From the NCBI RefSeq assembly GCF_001194135.2, contig NC_068981.1, positions 197,824,497-197,886,678 of the forward strand: DNA of 62,182 nucleotides, given 5' to 3'. Position 1 is the stretch's first letter; every line of letters begins with the position of its first letter. This DNA comes from Octopus bimaculoides. Taxonomy: Eukaryota. Position numbers and translations under genes: made by a program. Positions 12,070 through 23,859 of this stretch are shown here, piece after piece. Below the pieces are notes generated by a model, which saw only the letters and a list, made by a program, of their open reading frames with translations, was not told where the DNA came from and ran no database searches.

Positions 12070-12560
12070 CCAGGCGAGACTGATCCTGATAAGATTACAA
12101 TTGAAGGAATTAGGACGCCAGAAATAGGGTCTGGTGAAATTATAGAAATTCTCCAACAACCACTTCTGACTCTTTGCAGATATTTGGTAAGGAACCAGCA
12201 GATCCTACTGCCACACATATGGCCTCCCAGCAGAAACTCTCTCCAGTCAGGATTTGACCATTGTCTCCAACAGCTTCACATAATCATCTGAATTGAGGCT
12301 AAGGCTTTGTCCTGCACTTGTTGGAGCAATGTATGGACACAATCAGAATATCTGCTGGCCCTCCCTGCAGAAAATGGCTTCATAGTCGTCATGTCACATC
12401 TTACAACCTTTTATGTTCACAGCGCTTTGAGCAGCAGACATGATGTCGGTGTTTTGATACCTGGTGCGAATCTTCATGATACTGGTAAATGATTTCCAAT
12501 ATTCGGATGGCTTCCAGTCCTCTGTGTCAACTAAATTTTTCATTACTATAACCAAGAGCC
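12070..12560 (-). mobile_element. Mariner/Tc1-type transposase relic
   Basis: SLNSDDYVKLLETMVKS*LERVSAGRPYVWQ*D...SQKWLLENFYNFTRPYFWRPNSFNCNLI...WG corresponds to YVWQQDxAPxH and WPPNSPDxNPxDYxxWG; YSNEK remnant near 12545 corresponds to FSDEK. Confidence 0.8.
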
Positions 12561-13046
12561 TTGTTTTCGGGTGGCACCAGGGGACAAGTCCCCCACCCCA
12601 CACTTTTTCAGAAACAGGGGACAGGCCATCTTTTGTCCCCCCTACTTTTTCCCAATTAAAAAACTCACTAACAAGTCATACATATGTATTATACATAATT
12701 TTTACGTTTATTTATGTGCATATATTTTATATGAATATATATAGACTGTAAATTGCAATCAGTATTGGATCGTATTCGTTCCATATTTACATCCATTTGC
12801 TAAAAATTAAAAAAGATCAACTCCTCAATAATTTGAATGAGAATTGTATAACATCTTTAGATTTATTTTCATCTCACTAAGTGAATAGAAATAAACAATT
12901 CATTGTTTATCAAACTCACATTGGAAATGCAAATAATTTTATTTTCTACTCTTGAATTTCAGCTACTTCCGTTTTTTCTGTTTCAGGCGCTGTTCAATAC
13001 GGTAAGAAAAAATTATTTATCAACTCGATATTTCTTCTTTGAAGCT

Positions 13047-13049
<3 letters not shown>

Positions 13050-13096
<47 letters not shown>

Positions 13097-13139
13097 CTCT
13101 CTATCTCTTTCTCTCTCTCTCTCTCTCTCCCTCTATCTT

Positions 13140-13195
<56 letters not shown>

Positions 13196-13202
13196 TCTCT
13201 CA
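13050..13202. repeat. (CT)n/(ATCT)n microsatellite
   Basis: Direct reading. Confidence 0.9.
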
Positions 13203-13427
13203 TTCTCTACTCTCTCACCTTCCGTTTCCATCATGTACTTCTTCCCATTTTTCTCTCTATTTCACCCAGTCAGCACATCGCTGTCTCGCCTCTCTGTTCT
13301 GTTGAGTTCATTTGTAATGGGTATTAGAGCTATGAAGAAAATTAAAGGTGAAAGTGAGTCACCTTGGAAAATTCCACGGCTGATATTTTGTGGTCAGTAC
13401 TCCATTGGAGTGGTATAATTGGAGATT

Positions 13428-13472
13428 TGTATTCCACATTGACATGTGGAATACATGTCAATGTGGAATACA
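13428..13472. repeat. Perfect 20-bp hairpin at an element breakpoint
   Basis: TGTATTCCACATTGACATGT-GGAAT-ACATGTCAATGTGGAATACA. Confidence 0.95.
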
Positions 13473-13479
13473 TACTTCA

Positions 13480-15410
13480 GGAAGTGTGAAATCACAGGAG
13501 AAATTTTGATAATATCCAGGGATTTCACGATCCATGAATGCAGTATGCTGCCAAAGGCCTTTTTATAATCAATCCATGCAGAACCGAAATTTCTGCATTT
13601 GTTATGACAGTTCTCAAGGATCGTGCGATTGATTAAGAGTTGGTCTTTGCATCCATATGAGCCTCGTTAGCACCCTTTTTGTTCAGTGGGGAAAATATCA
13701 TTCTCTTCCATAAATTTGAATGTTTTTCTCCATGAGGATGGATGCTAAAATTTTATACATGGTAGACAGACATGTTACGGGTGGATAGTTTTAGAGAAAT
13801 TTGGTTCCATTATTCTTCAGGAGTAGGTAAGTAATACCTCTTGCTAACCGGTCGGGTGTTTTCGCAGGATCTCTCATAATTTCATTGATTAACTGGACTA
13901 ACTTTTCGTATGCGCATGGGAGCGAGGCGAGCCAGAAATTTGGCACCCTATCATTACCAGGAGATTTCTACTTATGAGCCTTTGTGAGTGCCATCATTAG
14001 GTCTGATATTTTGATGTCTTCCCATGCTTGTTCTGGTAAATTTTGGTAGGATCATTCTGTGTGTAATCCAGTCTGCATTTTCACTGTAAGTCTTTTCATC
14101 ATTCCAGATATCTTTCCAGAAGTTTCTAACTTCTTCCATCGCAGTGGAGGTCTTCAATGGTTATTTTCTCCTTCCTTATTTCTCTGTAGAATGTTTTCGC
14201 ATTGGATGTGAACAGCTTATTTTCTTTGTAAAATTTGTTTCTTCTCTAAAATCTTCATATTCTTTGAGATTTTGCTTGAATTTTTTGTTGAAGTGTTTCT
14301 TTTGCTGAAAGCAGTTTTTCTCTTGGTGAGAATCTATGTTTTCTCTTCATCTTTCTTCGTTTTCTGTTTTTTACATTGTTTCCACAGATTAGTTCATTCA
14401 TTATTGATATTTCACAACTCATTATTTCAATCTCTTTTTCAATTTTACTTTTCCAGTTTGGAATTCTTCTCAGGTTTGTATTTCTTCGTTTTTCTCAGAG
14501 GCATACAACTGGTTTCAATTGTCTTAGCAGCTGCATAAATTCAATTTCATTAAATTCAGTGAGATCTGGGTTTAGTTCTTGTATAGTTTCTTTTGTTACA
14601 TAGTTTCCAATTTTAATTTGTTTTCTATTTTGGATTGCATTTGAGAATTTATGAAGTGGTTCTCTATCATGCATCTTGTTTTGTCTTACAACCGATAGCT
14701 TATTCAAGAGTTCCTTGCTTCACTTCTATCATAGACTCTCCATGTTCTTTGGTAACAGTGTAATCTTCAAATACTGTTCCTTTACCACTTTCTTTGTTAT
14801 CCTTATTAGGTTCATTCCAATTTATTTCTCCAGACGTTTGCGTGTTCTGGTCAGATGGTAGTCTTTTAATTCAGAATCGTGGAGAGTTGCTCTCTTCGTC
14901 TGGTTCTTCATTTCTTTTCTGTCTTATATTTAAGTCATTTTCCACTTCATGCTTCATTGCGGTTATTTCACTATTTGTGAATCTTTTATTTCTGAAGATA
15001 TCTCTCTTAACATTTGCTAACTTGTTTTCCTCCAAATATAGTCTGCTGTTTTGATTTCCTGTTCTCCATATTTGATAAGAGTGTGCAGTGTGTTTCTCTT
15101 CAGATGGCCAGCCGCCTAATGCATAGTAATAAGCGTATATTACTTCTGTATACTCTTCTCGGGTCTATTTGATCCTCTTACATTTTTCTTTCTGTACTGG
15201 GAGTAGTGGTGGACTTGAAGGGCTCAAGCTGGAGCAGTTCCCTTTCAAGTGACCATCCAGGTTCGTATTCAGAGAAGAGCTTGTGCCAGTGAATGACCTT
15301 TCGACCCCAGGCTGGCTCTCTCCTGGGGGACGAGCTTCCAGATTAAACACAGGATAAGCAATTTGGTGTACTGTTGTAGATTTCCTTTGTATTTCGTTAT
15401 AATTATCATT
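13480..15410 (-). mobile_element. R4/Dong-like retrotransposon, 5' part through N-terminal RT domain
   Basis: N-terminal RIK*TREEYTEVIYAYYYALG; EEVRNFWKDIWN; SPGNDRVPNFWL; NYPPVTCLSTMYKIL; EQKGC*RG..GCKDQLLIN; SAWIDYKKAFGSILHSWI. Multiple stops and frameshifts. Confidence 0.85.
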
Positions 15411-15414
15411 ATAT

Positions 15415-15528
<114 letters not shown>

Positions 15529-15944
15529 ATACAATTGTCGTTGTTTCTTTAATTGTCTTCGGTTTTGTTGTTATCGCATCCGGAAGTCTTGTTGCTGATT
15601 CTACTGTGGCAGATGCTGTTTTTCGTGTTCCAACATCCGTCCATATTCTCACAAGAATTATCACTAATACTGCAGAAGTAAACAACTCCAATGTCGGATT
15701 GCTCTGAACATGTCTGGGGTGGGGTTTTTTGCTATTATTTATTTATTTATTTAGTCTTCTGTTCTTGTTACCAAGATGTAATCTTTTTGCTTTACCAAAT
15801 CCTGTCACAAAATTACACAAATCGACAGAAATTTCCGCCAAAACAATAAAACTTTACAACTAATTATCGCGAAAAATGTCAAAATTTCTCTGTTATTACT
15901 TTATGGCTAACAAACTTACTGGTAATCCTTCGATATTGGTATAT

Positions 15945-16016
15945 GACGTCATTCACCCATACAGCGTTGGTGACATAGAGAAAGAGGAGAGGCTGAAAAA
16001 GAGGGTGAATGACGTC
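15945..16016. repeat. 14-bp perfect inverted repeat, 44-nt spacer, CRE-like arms
   Basis: GACGTCATTCACCC (15945-15958) / GGGTGAATGACGTC (16003-16016); full TGACGTCA at 15944-15951. Confidence 0.8.
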
Positions 16017-16276
16017 GTCGTCTCCTCACGCCGACACTGTGTAGTCCAATACCGAAAGAACACCAACCTTGAACTAACGCTTCCTACCGTGGCCTCACGT
16101 AGCAAACTCTTGGTCAAAAAACTGAATTTGGGAGATAGAAACTGGACACAGTTATACGTCATTTCATTACTGATGTCGACCCACACAACCTTGTTTTCTC
16201 ACATATTATAATCTTTCTCTTCAAATTGTCGTGATTTTACACACACACACACACACAGACACACACACACACACAC

Positions 16277-16327
<51 letters not shown>

Positions 16328-16369
16328 CTCACCACGTTCCATACATACACATATGTACTTATACATACC

Positions 16370-16626
16370 TGTCGTCGCTATGGGAACGAGAATGGGCCCC
16401 AATTTTGCCAACTTATTTGTTGGTTACGTTGAGGCCCAGATCTTTTCACAGTTCTCCGGACCGACTCCAGAGCTATACGGTCGTTATATAGATGAATGCA
16501 TTGACGCTACCTCCCTCTCCCGCGAACAGCTCTCCAATTCCATCTCTTTCGTTTCTAACTTCTACCCTTCTCTCGAATTCACCTCTTCCATCTCTGATAC
16601 TTCCGTAAACTTCCTCAATATCTCTC

Positions 16627-16667
<41 letters not shown>

Positions 16668-17215
16668 ATTCCCTCACCCACACTCTCTCCACCTCCACCT
16701 TCTTTAAACCTACAGACTCCCACCTCTACCTCAAATTTTCCTCCTCCCAACCCTCCCACATCAAACGGGCCATTTCCTCCGCCTCCAACGCTTGTGCAGC
16801 TGGGACCAAGATTTCGAGACCTTGTCCCAATATCTGGCCCTCTTGTTCACGCATCGCGGATACCCATCCCCCCTTGTCCAAACTGTCCTTATCCACGCTC
16901 GTCAAATCGATTGCACTACCGCCCTCTCTCCTTCCCTACACCGATCCCCCAACTGCATCCCCTTTCGTCTACGTTNNNNNNNNNNNNNNNNNNNNNNNNN
17001 NNNNNNNNNNNNNNNNNNNNNNNNNNNNNNNNNNNNNNNNNNNNNNNNNNNNNNNNNNNNNNNNNNNNNNNNNNNNNNNNNNNNNNNNNNNNNNNNNNNC
17101 ATGGATCCACCAACTCTAGACTCCGCCTAAAACAGCGCGACATTTTCACTTTCATTCTACGTACACAAACTCCATTCGGACGCAACACAACCCACCCCGC
17201 TACTTTCAGTGAATT
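16370..17215 (+). mobile_element. Penelope-like element RT and endonuclease-end relic
   Basis: VAMGTRMGPNFANLFVGYVE...YGRYIDE; LSTSTFFKPTDSHLYL; HRGYPSPLVQT; after the gap SRLRL..IF..T.TPFGRN (PLE endonuclease C-terminus). Split by a (CT)n expansion at ~16620-16665. Confidence 0.9.
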
Positions 17216-17429
17216 TCCCCACACACCTTTAAAAAAAAGCATTTTATTCTATTTTATTTTGTATTTGTTTTTTTTTTTATTTCTCTTACTGATTTATTTA
17301 CATAATCTTTTTCTTTTACTTTTTATCATTTAAAATTTTTATTTCTTATCATTTATTTTTATATTTTTTATATTCCTTTCTTTTCTTATGTTTTTATTTT
17401 TTAACTTGTATTTCTAATTAAATTTTTTT

Positions 17430-18158
17430 CACATACACACACACTCACACATACACACACCTTCATACTCACGCACTCCCATTCATATTTTCACACACAC
17501 CCATACACTTCTTCCTACAAACTCATACACATGCAAGGTCACTCACATAGAGGCACATATACATACACACCCACATAGAGGCCCCCCACACATATCCATA
17601 CGCACACCCACAAACACATACAGACTAATAACACCAACATATACACATCCTTGTCATCCCACCCCTCACACGCTACCACACACATCACACACACACCCGT
17701 GCGTACACACATACGCACACACGTACACACACACACACCATATACACACCTGCGAACAAACACACGTCCGCACACATAATACCCACACCCCTGACTACAC
17801 CAACGCACTCCCGTCTCACACACGCACACAAACACAACCATCTACACACACACAAAGTGCACACACACATACGCACATATACACGCACGTACATACACTT
17901 CCACATACACACTCACACGCACATAGAGAAAGAGAAAGAAAGATACGGATAGACAGACAGAATGACACACACGCAACCATACACATGTGGACACACACAC
18001 ACACATACATTCCCACTCCGTCTACGCACACATGCCAACACACACACACACACACACACACATACACAGCCACATCCGCCCATTCACAAAACTTTCAAAC
18101 TGCCGCTGACTCACTATTGAACACTCCGTCTAGACACACATGCAAATAAACACACACG

Positions 18159-18203
<45 letters not shown>

Positions 18204-18300
18204 ATTCACACACCTTTCATTTATAATTGACCTCTCAGAGCGACATATACACCAACACTAACACACACGCACACAGATCCTACCACACACATACTGACCA
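17430..18300 (+). repeat. Degenerate CA-rich tract (probable PLE 3' region)
   Basis: Direct reading; lies between PLE ORF end and hammerhead relic. Confidence 0.75.
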
Positions 18301-18403
18301 TCTTCATACTCTCCTATCCCCGAAATTATTTTCTCTTTCTCCTTCTACTTCCGGTCACGTGGATTGTCTGGCGATTTTTCTTTCTTTCCCCTTCGACTTC
18401 CCA

Positions 18404-18438
18404 GTTTCCGACGAAGAGTTATGCACGAAATGTTAACC
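18404..18438 (+). ncRNA. Decayed minimal hammerhead ribozyme
   Basis: GUUU CCGACGA A GAGU UAU GCAC GAAAU GUU AACC; homologous to the 48551 motif but with U4C and C15.2U changes. Confidence 0.6.
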
Positions 18439-18580
18439 AAAACTCTCTCCTTTAAATATAGAACCAGAAAAAATGTGTCCGGATTAACTGCAAACACACA
18501 CGCGCGCGCCCATACACATGTACACACACACACTCACACACACACACTCACACACACACACACATTACCACTCTGTCTAT

Positions 18581-18687
18581 ATGATGAAATGACCGAAAGA
18601 AAGAAGCTGAGTGAAAGGGAGATAATAACGGTGACCTGTCTGGACTGGGGTGCGCAATCGTATGTGTATATGTGAGAATGGTGTGTG
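18581..18687 (-). repeat. 107-bp direct repeat copy 1 (PLE pseudo-LTR segment)
   Basis: atgatgaaatg..gctgagtgaaagggagataataa.ggtgacc..gggtgcgcaa..tatgtgagaatggtgtgtg, also at 20397-20503. Confidence 0.85.
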
Positions 18688-18916
18688 TTATTTCTTTACT
18701 ACCCACAAGGGGCTACACACAGAGGGGACAAACAAGGACAGACAAACGGATTAAGTCGATTATACCGACCCCAGTGCGTAACTGGTACTTATTTGATCGA
18801 CTCCGAAAGGATGAAAGGCAAAGTCGACCTCGGCGGAATTTGAACTCAGAACGTAGCGGCAGACGAAATACCGCTAAGCATTTCGCCCGGCGTGCTAACG
18901 TTTCTGCCAGTTCGCC
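18688..18916 (-). mobile_element. SINE family D, near full length
   Basis: Close reverse-complement match to 61097-61322, including tail ...tagccccttgtgggtagtaaagaaataa. Confidence 0.95.
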
Positions 18917-19519
18917 GCCGGTGTGTGTATGTGTGTATGGAGGTGAGTGCGTGTGTATGTGTGGGTGAGCTTAGAATTATGTGAGTTTGTGTGTGCGTAT
19001 GGGAGAATGTGTGTATGTATATAAGTAAACTAGTGCGTGCGTTGTGTGGAGTGATGTGTTCCGTGTATTGTGTATATGTGTGTGTATGTATGTATGTGTG
19101 GAAGTGTGAGAGGGTGTATAAAGTATGTACATATGTATGTGTGTCTGTGTGTTTATGTGCTAGAGTTGAATGTGTTTATGCGTGTTGTGTATATTGTGTG
19201 CGTGAATATTGTGTGTTGTGAGGGGATGCGATACGAGATGCGACAGGGGTGGACTGGAGTTAGGGGATGGGGTATTAAGTGCTAATGTTGGGGTGGTGTG
19301 AGAAGGGGTGGTTGTGTATGTGCATAATGGTATGTGATGTGGGTACTGAGTTGAACAGTGTGTATAGGTGTGTGCATAATGCTGCGTGTGGTGAAGATAC
19401 TGAATTAGGCAGTGTACGGGTGTAGCGGGTGGAGGAGGAGGGCCATTTAAAGGTGGGAGGTGTGTGTATGTGAATGTGTGCAGGGTGGGTTTTAGATAAA
19501 AAGAAGTGACAAGTTAAGA

Positions 19520-19915
19520 CCATAAGGGAAAAAAGAATGAAGAGAGAAAATTAATTCTTCTTTCGGTGGAGGTGGGAGTTCGAGTAGCCTCAGTGCAAAG
19601 AGAGTCCGAACACAGACAGATTTAGCGAAAGACCGGTTAAGCGCGAGACCGGGATGTCATTGTCTCGGAGATGTTCAGTGAACCGGTTGGCTAATCGGTG
19701 ACCCATTTGGCCAATGTACAGAGAAGGACAGAGAGAGCAGGAGATTCAGTTGATGACATTGCTGGAGGTGCATGTAAATGAGTCGGTGATGTGGTAGAGG
19801 TGGTGGTGGGTGCCGGTGAGGATAGTGGTGTTGGATAGATTGAGGAAGATGTGACAGCGTGGGTGAGAGCAAGGGAAGGAGCCAGGCTGGCTGCCAAGAG
19901 TGAGGAAGAAACTGT
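19520..19915 (-). mobile_element. Penelope-like GIY-YIG endonuclease relic
   Basis: PGSFPCSHPRCH...YHITDSFTCTSSNVIN*ISCSLCPSLYIGQMGHRLANRFTEHLRD...PVSR, the classic PLE endonuclease; not in the ORF track because of a stop. Confidence 0.9.
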
Positions 19916-19939
19916 GGACCAGAAGGTTACGCGGATTAT

Positions 19940-20060
19940 ATATATGGTTCAGTGGTTAGAGTGCCGGGCTCACAATCATGAGGTAGTGAGTTCCATTCCT
20001 GGTCCGGGCTGTGAGCAAAACATTTTATTTCACGTTTCTTCAGTTCACTCACCTGTAGAA
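19940..20060 (+). mobile_element. tRNA-derived SINE family A/B head fragment
   Basis: cagtggttagagtg..ctcacaatcatgaggtagtgagttccattcc...tttatttcacgtt..cagttcactcacctgtagaaa. Confidence 0.75.
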
Positions 20061-20285
20061 ACCGATTGGTAAGATCGACCGTAATCGATATATAATAGTG
20101 ATCTCTTCGGATAATATACTCACTCTATTGACAGATATACGAGTAGTGCATTTTTTCCTGGCTTGTGGACAGTTACACGATTTACACACACACACAGTTC
20201 AAATTTACAGACAACAAAAGACGAATACAGGTGAAGGAACAACAAGCAGATATATTAGTTTAATGCTCGGGAAAAATGGAAAAGT

Positions 20286-20321
20286 CTTTTACGTTTCGAG
20301 CCTACATTCTTCGACAGAAAG
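20286..20321 (-). ncRNA. Minimal hammerhead ribozyme, variant core CUGUCGA
   Basis: CUUU CUGUCGA A GAAU GUAG GCUC GAAAC GUA AAAG: 4-bp helix I, helix II with one mismatch, ACGU helix III. Confidence 0.7.
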
Positions 20322-20396
20322 GATTGAGAAGGAAAAAATAGAGATGACGAAAATAACTGAGAGAGGAAAAAATGTGTAGGGGTTTACGGTTCAACA

Positions 20397-20503
20397 TGAT
20401 GAAATGGCCTGAAGAAAGAGGCTGAGTGAAAGGGAGATAATAATGGTGACCCGGCCGATCTAGGGTGCGCAAACGCGTGTGTGTATGTGAGAATGGTGTG
20501 TGT
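20397..20503 (-). repeat. 107-bp direct repeat copy 2 (PLE pseudo-LTR segment)
   Basis: See 18581-18687; continues on the minus strand into the hammerhead-bearing pyrimidine tract. Confidence 0.85.
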
Positions 20504-20619
20504 GAGTGAGTATGTGTATAAGTAACCAAGTGTGTATATTTTGTAAAGTGATGTGCGTTTCTTGTACAGGTGTGTGTGTAAGTGCGCGTACGAACATGTA
20601 TACATATGTGTGGGGTTAT

Positions 20620-20688
<69 letters not shown>

Positions 20689-21184
20689 AAACTCATGGGC
20701 CTGTCTGCGTGTATGAGAGCGTTTGTGTATGTGTACAAGTAAGCTAGTATGAGCATTGTGTGGAGTGACGTGCGTTTCGTGCATATGCACGTGTGTATGT
20801 GTGTGTGCGTGCGTGTGCAAACGCTTGCGCGTAACTGGTGATGTGTGTTTGTTCGGGTGGTGTGTGCAGCACGTGTGTATGTGTATGTGTGTGTGGTCCT
20901 GTACATACGTACATCTTACAAACCGTTGCATAATGTGTTTTTGGTTGCTGAGAAAGGTGTAGGCGGATCGTTTCTTCCCTCCTTACCTGTGGCTAATTAC
21001 CCAACTGTGTAGGTTGGTCACTGTTGATGTTCGGAAGATGCAAGAACATCACAAGACATTTCTGCTGCTCATTATCACAACTCCTCCTCCTACTCCTCCT
21101 TATAAACCATCGCAACAAACGTATCTGCTCCGTCGCCACGTTCTTCATAAACCAGTGTTTTATATGGAATTGCTGCGAAGACGA

Positions 21185-21465
21185 CTTGGTTTGGTGCTCA
21201 CCATTGTCAGTTCGATTCCTGGCGGCGCATTGTATCCTTGAGCAAGACACTTTATTTCACGTTGCTCCAGTCCACTCAGCTGGCAAAATGAGTAGTACCT
21301 GTAATTCAGAGGGGCCAGCCTTATCACATTCTGTGTTTCGCTGAATCTCCCCGAGAACTTCATTAAGAGTACGCATGTCTGCGGAGTACTCAGCCACTTG
21401 TACTACAATTTCAAAAGCAGGCTGCTCCGTTGATCAGATCAACTGAAACACTCATCGCTAAAAGT
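21185..21465 (+). mobile_element. tRNA-derived SINE family A
   Basis: agttcgattcc B-box; ccttgagcaagacactttatttcacgttgctccagtccactcagctggcaaaatgagtagtacc body and tail shared with 60289-60612. Confidence 0.9.
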
Positions 21466-21715
21466 GATGGAGAGTGGGGGTGGTTTATGGTGAGTGGGTG
21501 GATGGAGATTTTTAAAATGTCTTTTTAAATAAATTGTAGCAGTGTAAAATTATTTTTGTTTCTCCGGAAACAAGAAACTGAATTCATAATAACCTCAAGA
21601 CATTGTGTGTCTCGTTTCGTCAAGTCTTGGGGCCCTTAACTCCTTCCTTGGGGGAGGTGTAGGGACGCCAACATGACATACGTCATGTCTTTAGTATTTT
21701 TAGAACTGGTGAAAA

Positions 21716-21930
21716 GCGACGAGCTGGCAGAAACGTTGCCACGCCGGGCGAAATGCTTAACTATATTTCGTCTGTCTTTACGTTCTGAGTTTAAATTCCG
21801 CCGAGGTCGACTTTGCCTTTCATCTTCTCTGGGTCGATTAAATTAAGTACCAGTTGCATACTGAGATCTATCTAATCGACTGGCTCCCTCCCCCAAAAAA
21901 TTCGCGCCTTGTGCCTAGAGAAGAAAAGAT
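21716..21930 (+). mobile_element. SINE family D with alternative tail
   Basis: gagctggcagaaacgtt...ttctgagtttaaattccgccgaggtcgactttgcctttc...; tail ...ccttgtgcctagagaagaaaag differs from the 61097 copy. Confidence 0.9.
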
Positions 21931-22399
21931 TTTTAGAACTGAGAAGTGGGGGCAATCTTCTCTCGAGACTGACAACAGCTGGATATGGACGAGAAAGAGG
22001 GACAGACGGGAAAATTAAATAATAACCACNNNNNNNNNNNNNNNNNNNNNNNNNNNNNNNNNNNNNNNNNNNNNNNNNNNNNNNNNNNNNNNNNNNNNNN
22101 NNNNNNNNNNNNNNNNNNNNNNNNNNNNNNNNNNNNNNNNNNNNNNNNNNNNNNNNNNNNNNNNNNNNNNNNNNNNNNNNNNNNNNNNNNNNNNNNNNNN
22201 NNNNNNNNNNNNNNNNNNNNNNNNNNNNNNNNNNNNNNNNNNNNNNNNNNNNNNNNNNNNNNNNNNNNNNNNNNNNNNNNNNNNNNNNNNNNNNNNNNNN
22301 NNNNNNNNNNNNNNNNNNNNNNNNNNNNNNNNNNNNNNNNNNNNNNNNNNNNNNNNNNNNNNNNNNNNNNNNNNNNNNNNNNNNNNNNNNNNNNNNNNG

Positions 22400-22850
22400 G
22401 TGAAGCATCCGCCTAGTGACTGAAAGACCAAGCTAGAGCAATCGGTAGGAACGACTGGATTACGGGAATAGAGATTGAAGAAATTCGGAGAAACATAATA
22501 AAAAAATGAGCAGAAGGCAGAAGGAGAGTGAAACAGCAGCAGCAGAAAACGGTGATGAAGGGGTGAGAGATGAAGGACATGAAACAGATGGAAACCGCAG
22601 ATGGAAACCAGAGAATACTGAGATTTGGAACTGGAAATACATGGTACGATCATCGAGTTGAAAGAGTCCTGGAGTCAGAGAAATGGAAGATTTTGTGGAC
22701 TTCCCTCTTCAAACGGACAAGAAATTAGAAAATAATAGACCAAGCATAACAATTATAGATAAGGAAAAGCAAAGTTGCTTACTGATCGACCCATGTCCGT
22801 TTGATTACAGGATCGTGTAGCAGAAGGATTGACAAAATAAAAGAAAATAA
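22400..22850 (+). mobile_element. Internally deleted R4/Dong-like element (N-terminus fused to RLE region)
   Basis: QARAIGRNDWITGIEIEEIRRNI, then directly WYDHRVERVLESEKWKILW-DFPLQTDKKLENNRPSITIIDKEKQSCLLID; no RT sequence in between. Confidence 0.7.
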
Positions 22851-23469
22851 ATTATTCTCTCTCCATTTGATTTATAGTTGTTGTTTGGACGTAGCAGAGA
22901 ACACTTAGCTATAAAGACCAGGTTGTAACCATTGTTCTGATTGGTTAGTTTTTAGGCGCAAATTGTCCCCTAAACAATTGCGCCAAATCACACGGTCAAC
23001 TAATCAGATGCACCAAAATGGATCACGTGTTCTCTTGGCGGAAAAACTTTCATCTCTCTCGGGAGTCCACTATTCTCTATAAGAAATGCAGTTCTCGACT
23101 GTTCTAGGTTTTTGGCACTCGTCACTAACCACACACAACTCGTTTCCAGTAACGATGTACCTGACATCAGCCAGTCTCCGCTTTCATCTTCTCCACCAGA
23201 TGCCTGTCTATATCATTGCTGAATGAACACTACACGACCAAAAAACCAACGGCTGCCTCTACACACCACCAACAGTGCATCAACTATGTCTACATCAACA
23301 GTCCAGCCTAACCATGAAGTTCTCTCACACATCTTTGTTGTCACCTGTTATGTTATGTTAATACCTGTACAGCAATCATTGCAGTTTATAGCGGAGAATA
23401 AATCGTCGCTTACCAGTTCAGTTTCAATCTCAAATTATATATCCATCATTTTAACATTTTCCTTATTAA

Positions 23470-23850
23470 CCATCTTCGTTATAATCGAAAAGAAAGAAGG
23501 CGAAAAAAATTACATTCCCTTAAAATTTGAAATAGGAAGAATTTGGAGCATGCGAACAGTAAAGGTGGTGCCTAAAATAATTGGTGCATTGGGAACAGTA
23601 AGCAAAGATATAGACAAATGGCTGAAGGAAATTGAAATAGAATTCCCGGTTGAGCACCTACAGAAAGTTTGTCTTTTAAGGACAACAAAGATTATCAGGA
23701 GAGTTCTAAGCTTTCGAAAGACTATCGAAAACGTGCGAATACCTGAGGTTACAGGTAGTAACTCGCAACCCACATAAATCCGACCAGGAATAAAATCAAA
23801 CCTGAGCTTTGTTTCAATAATAATAATGATTATTATTATTATTATTTCAA
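23470..23850 (+). mobile_element. R4/Dong-like 3' end with TAA-type tail
   Basis: EKNYIPLKFEIGRIWSMRTVKVVPKIIGALGTV...LQKVCLLRTTKIIRRVL, then 3' UTR and aataataataatgattattattatt. Confidence 0.85.
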
Positions 23851-23859
23851 ATTTTTGCC

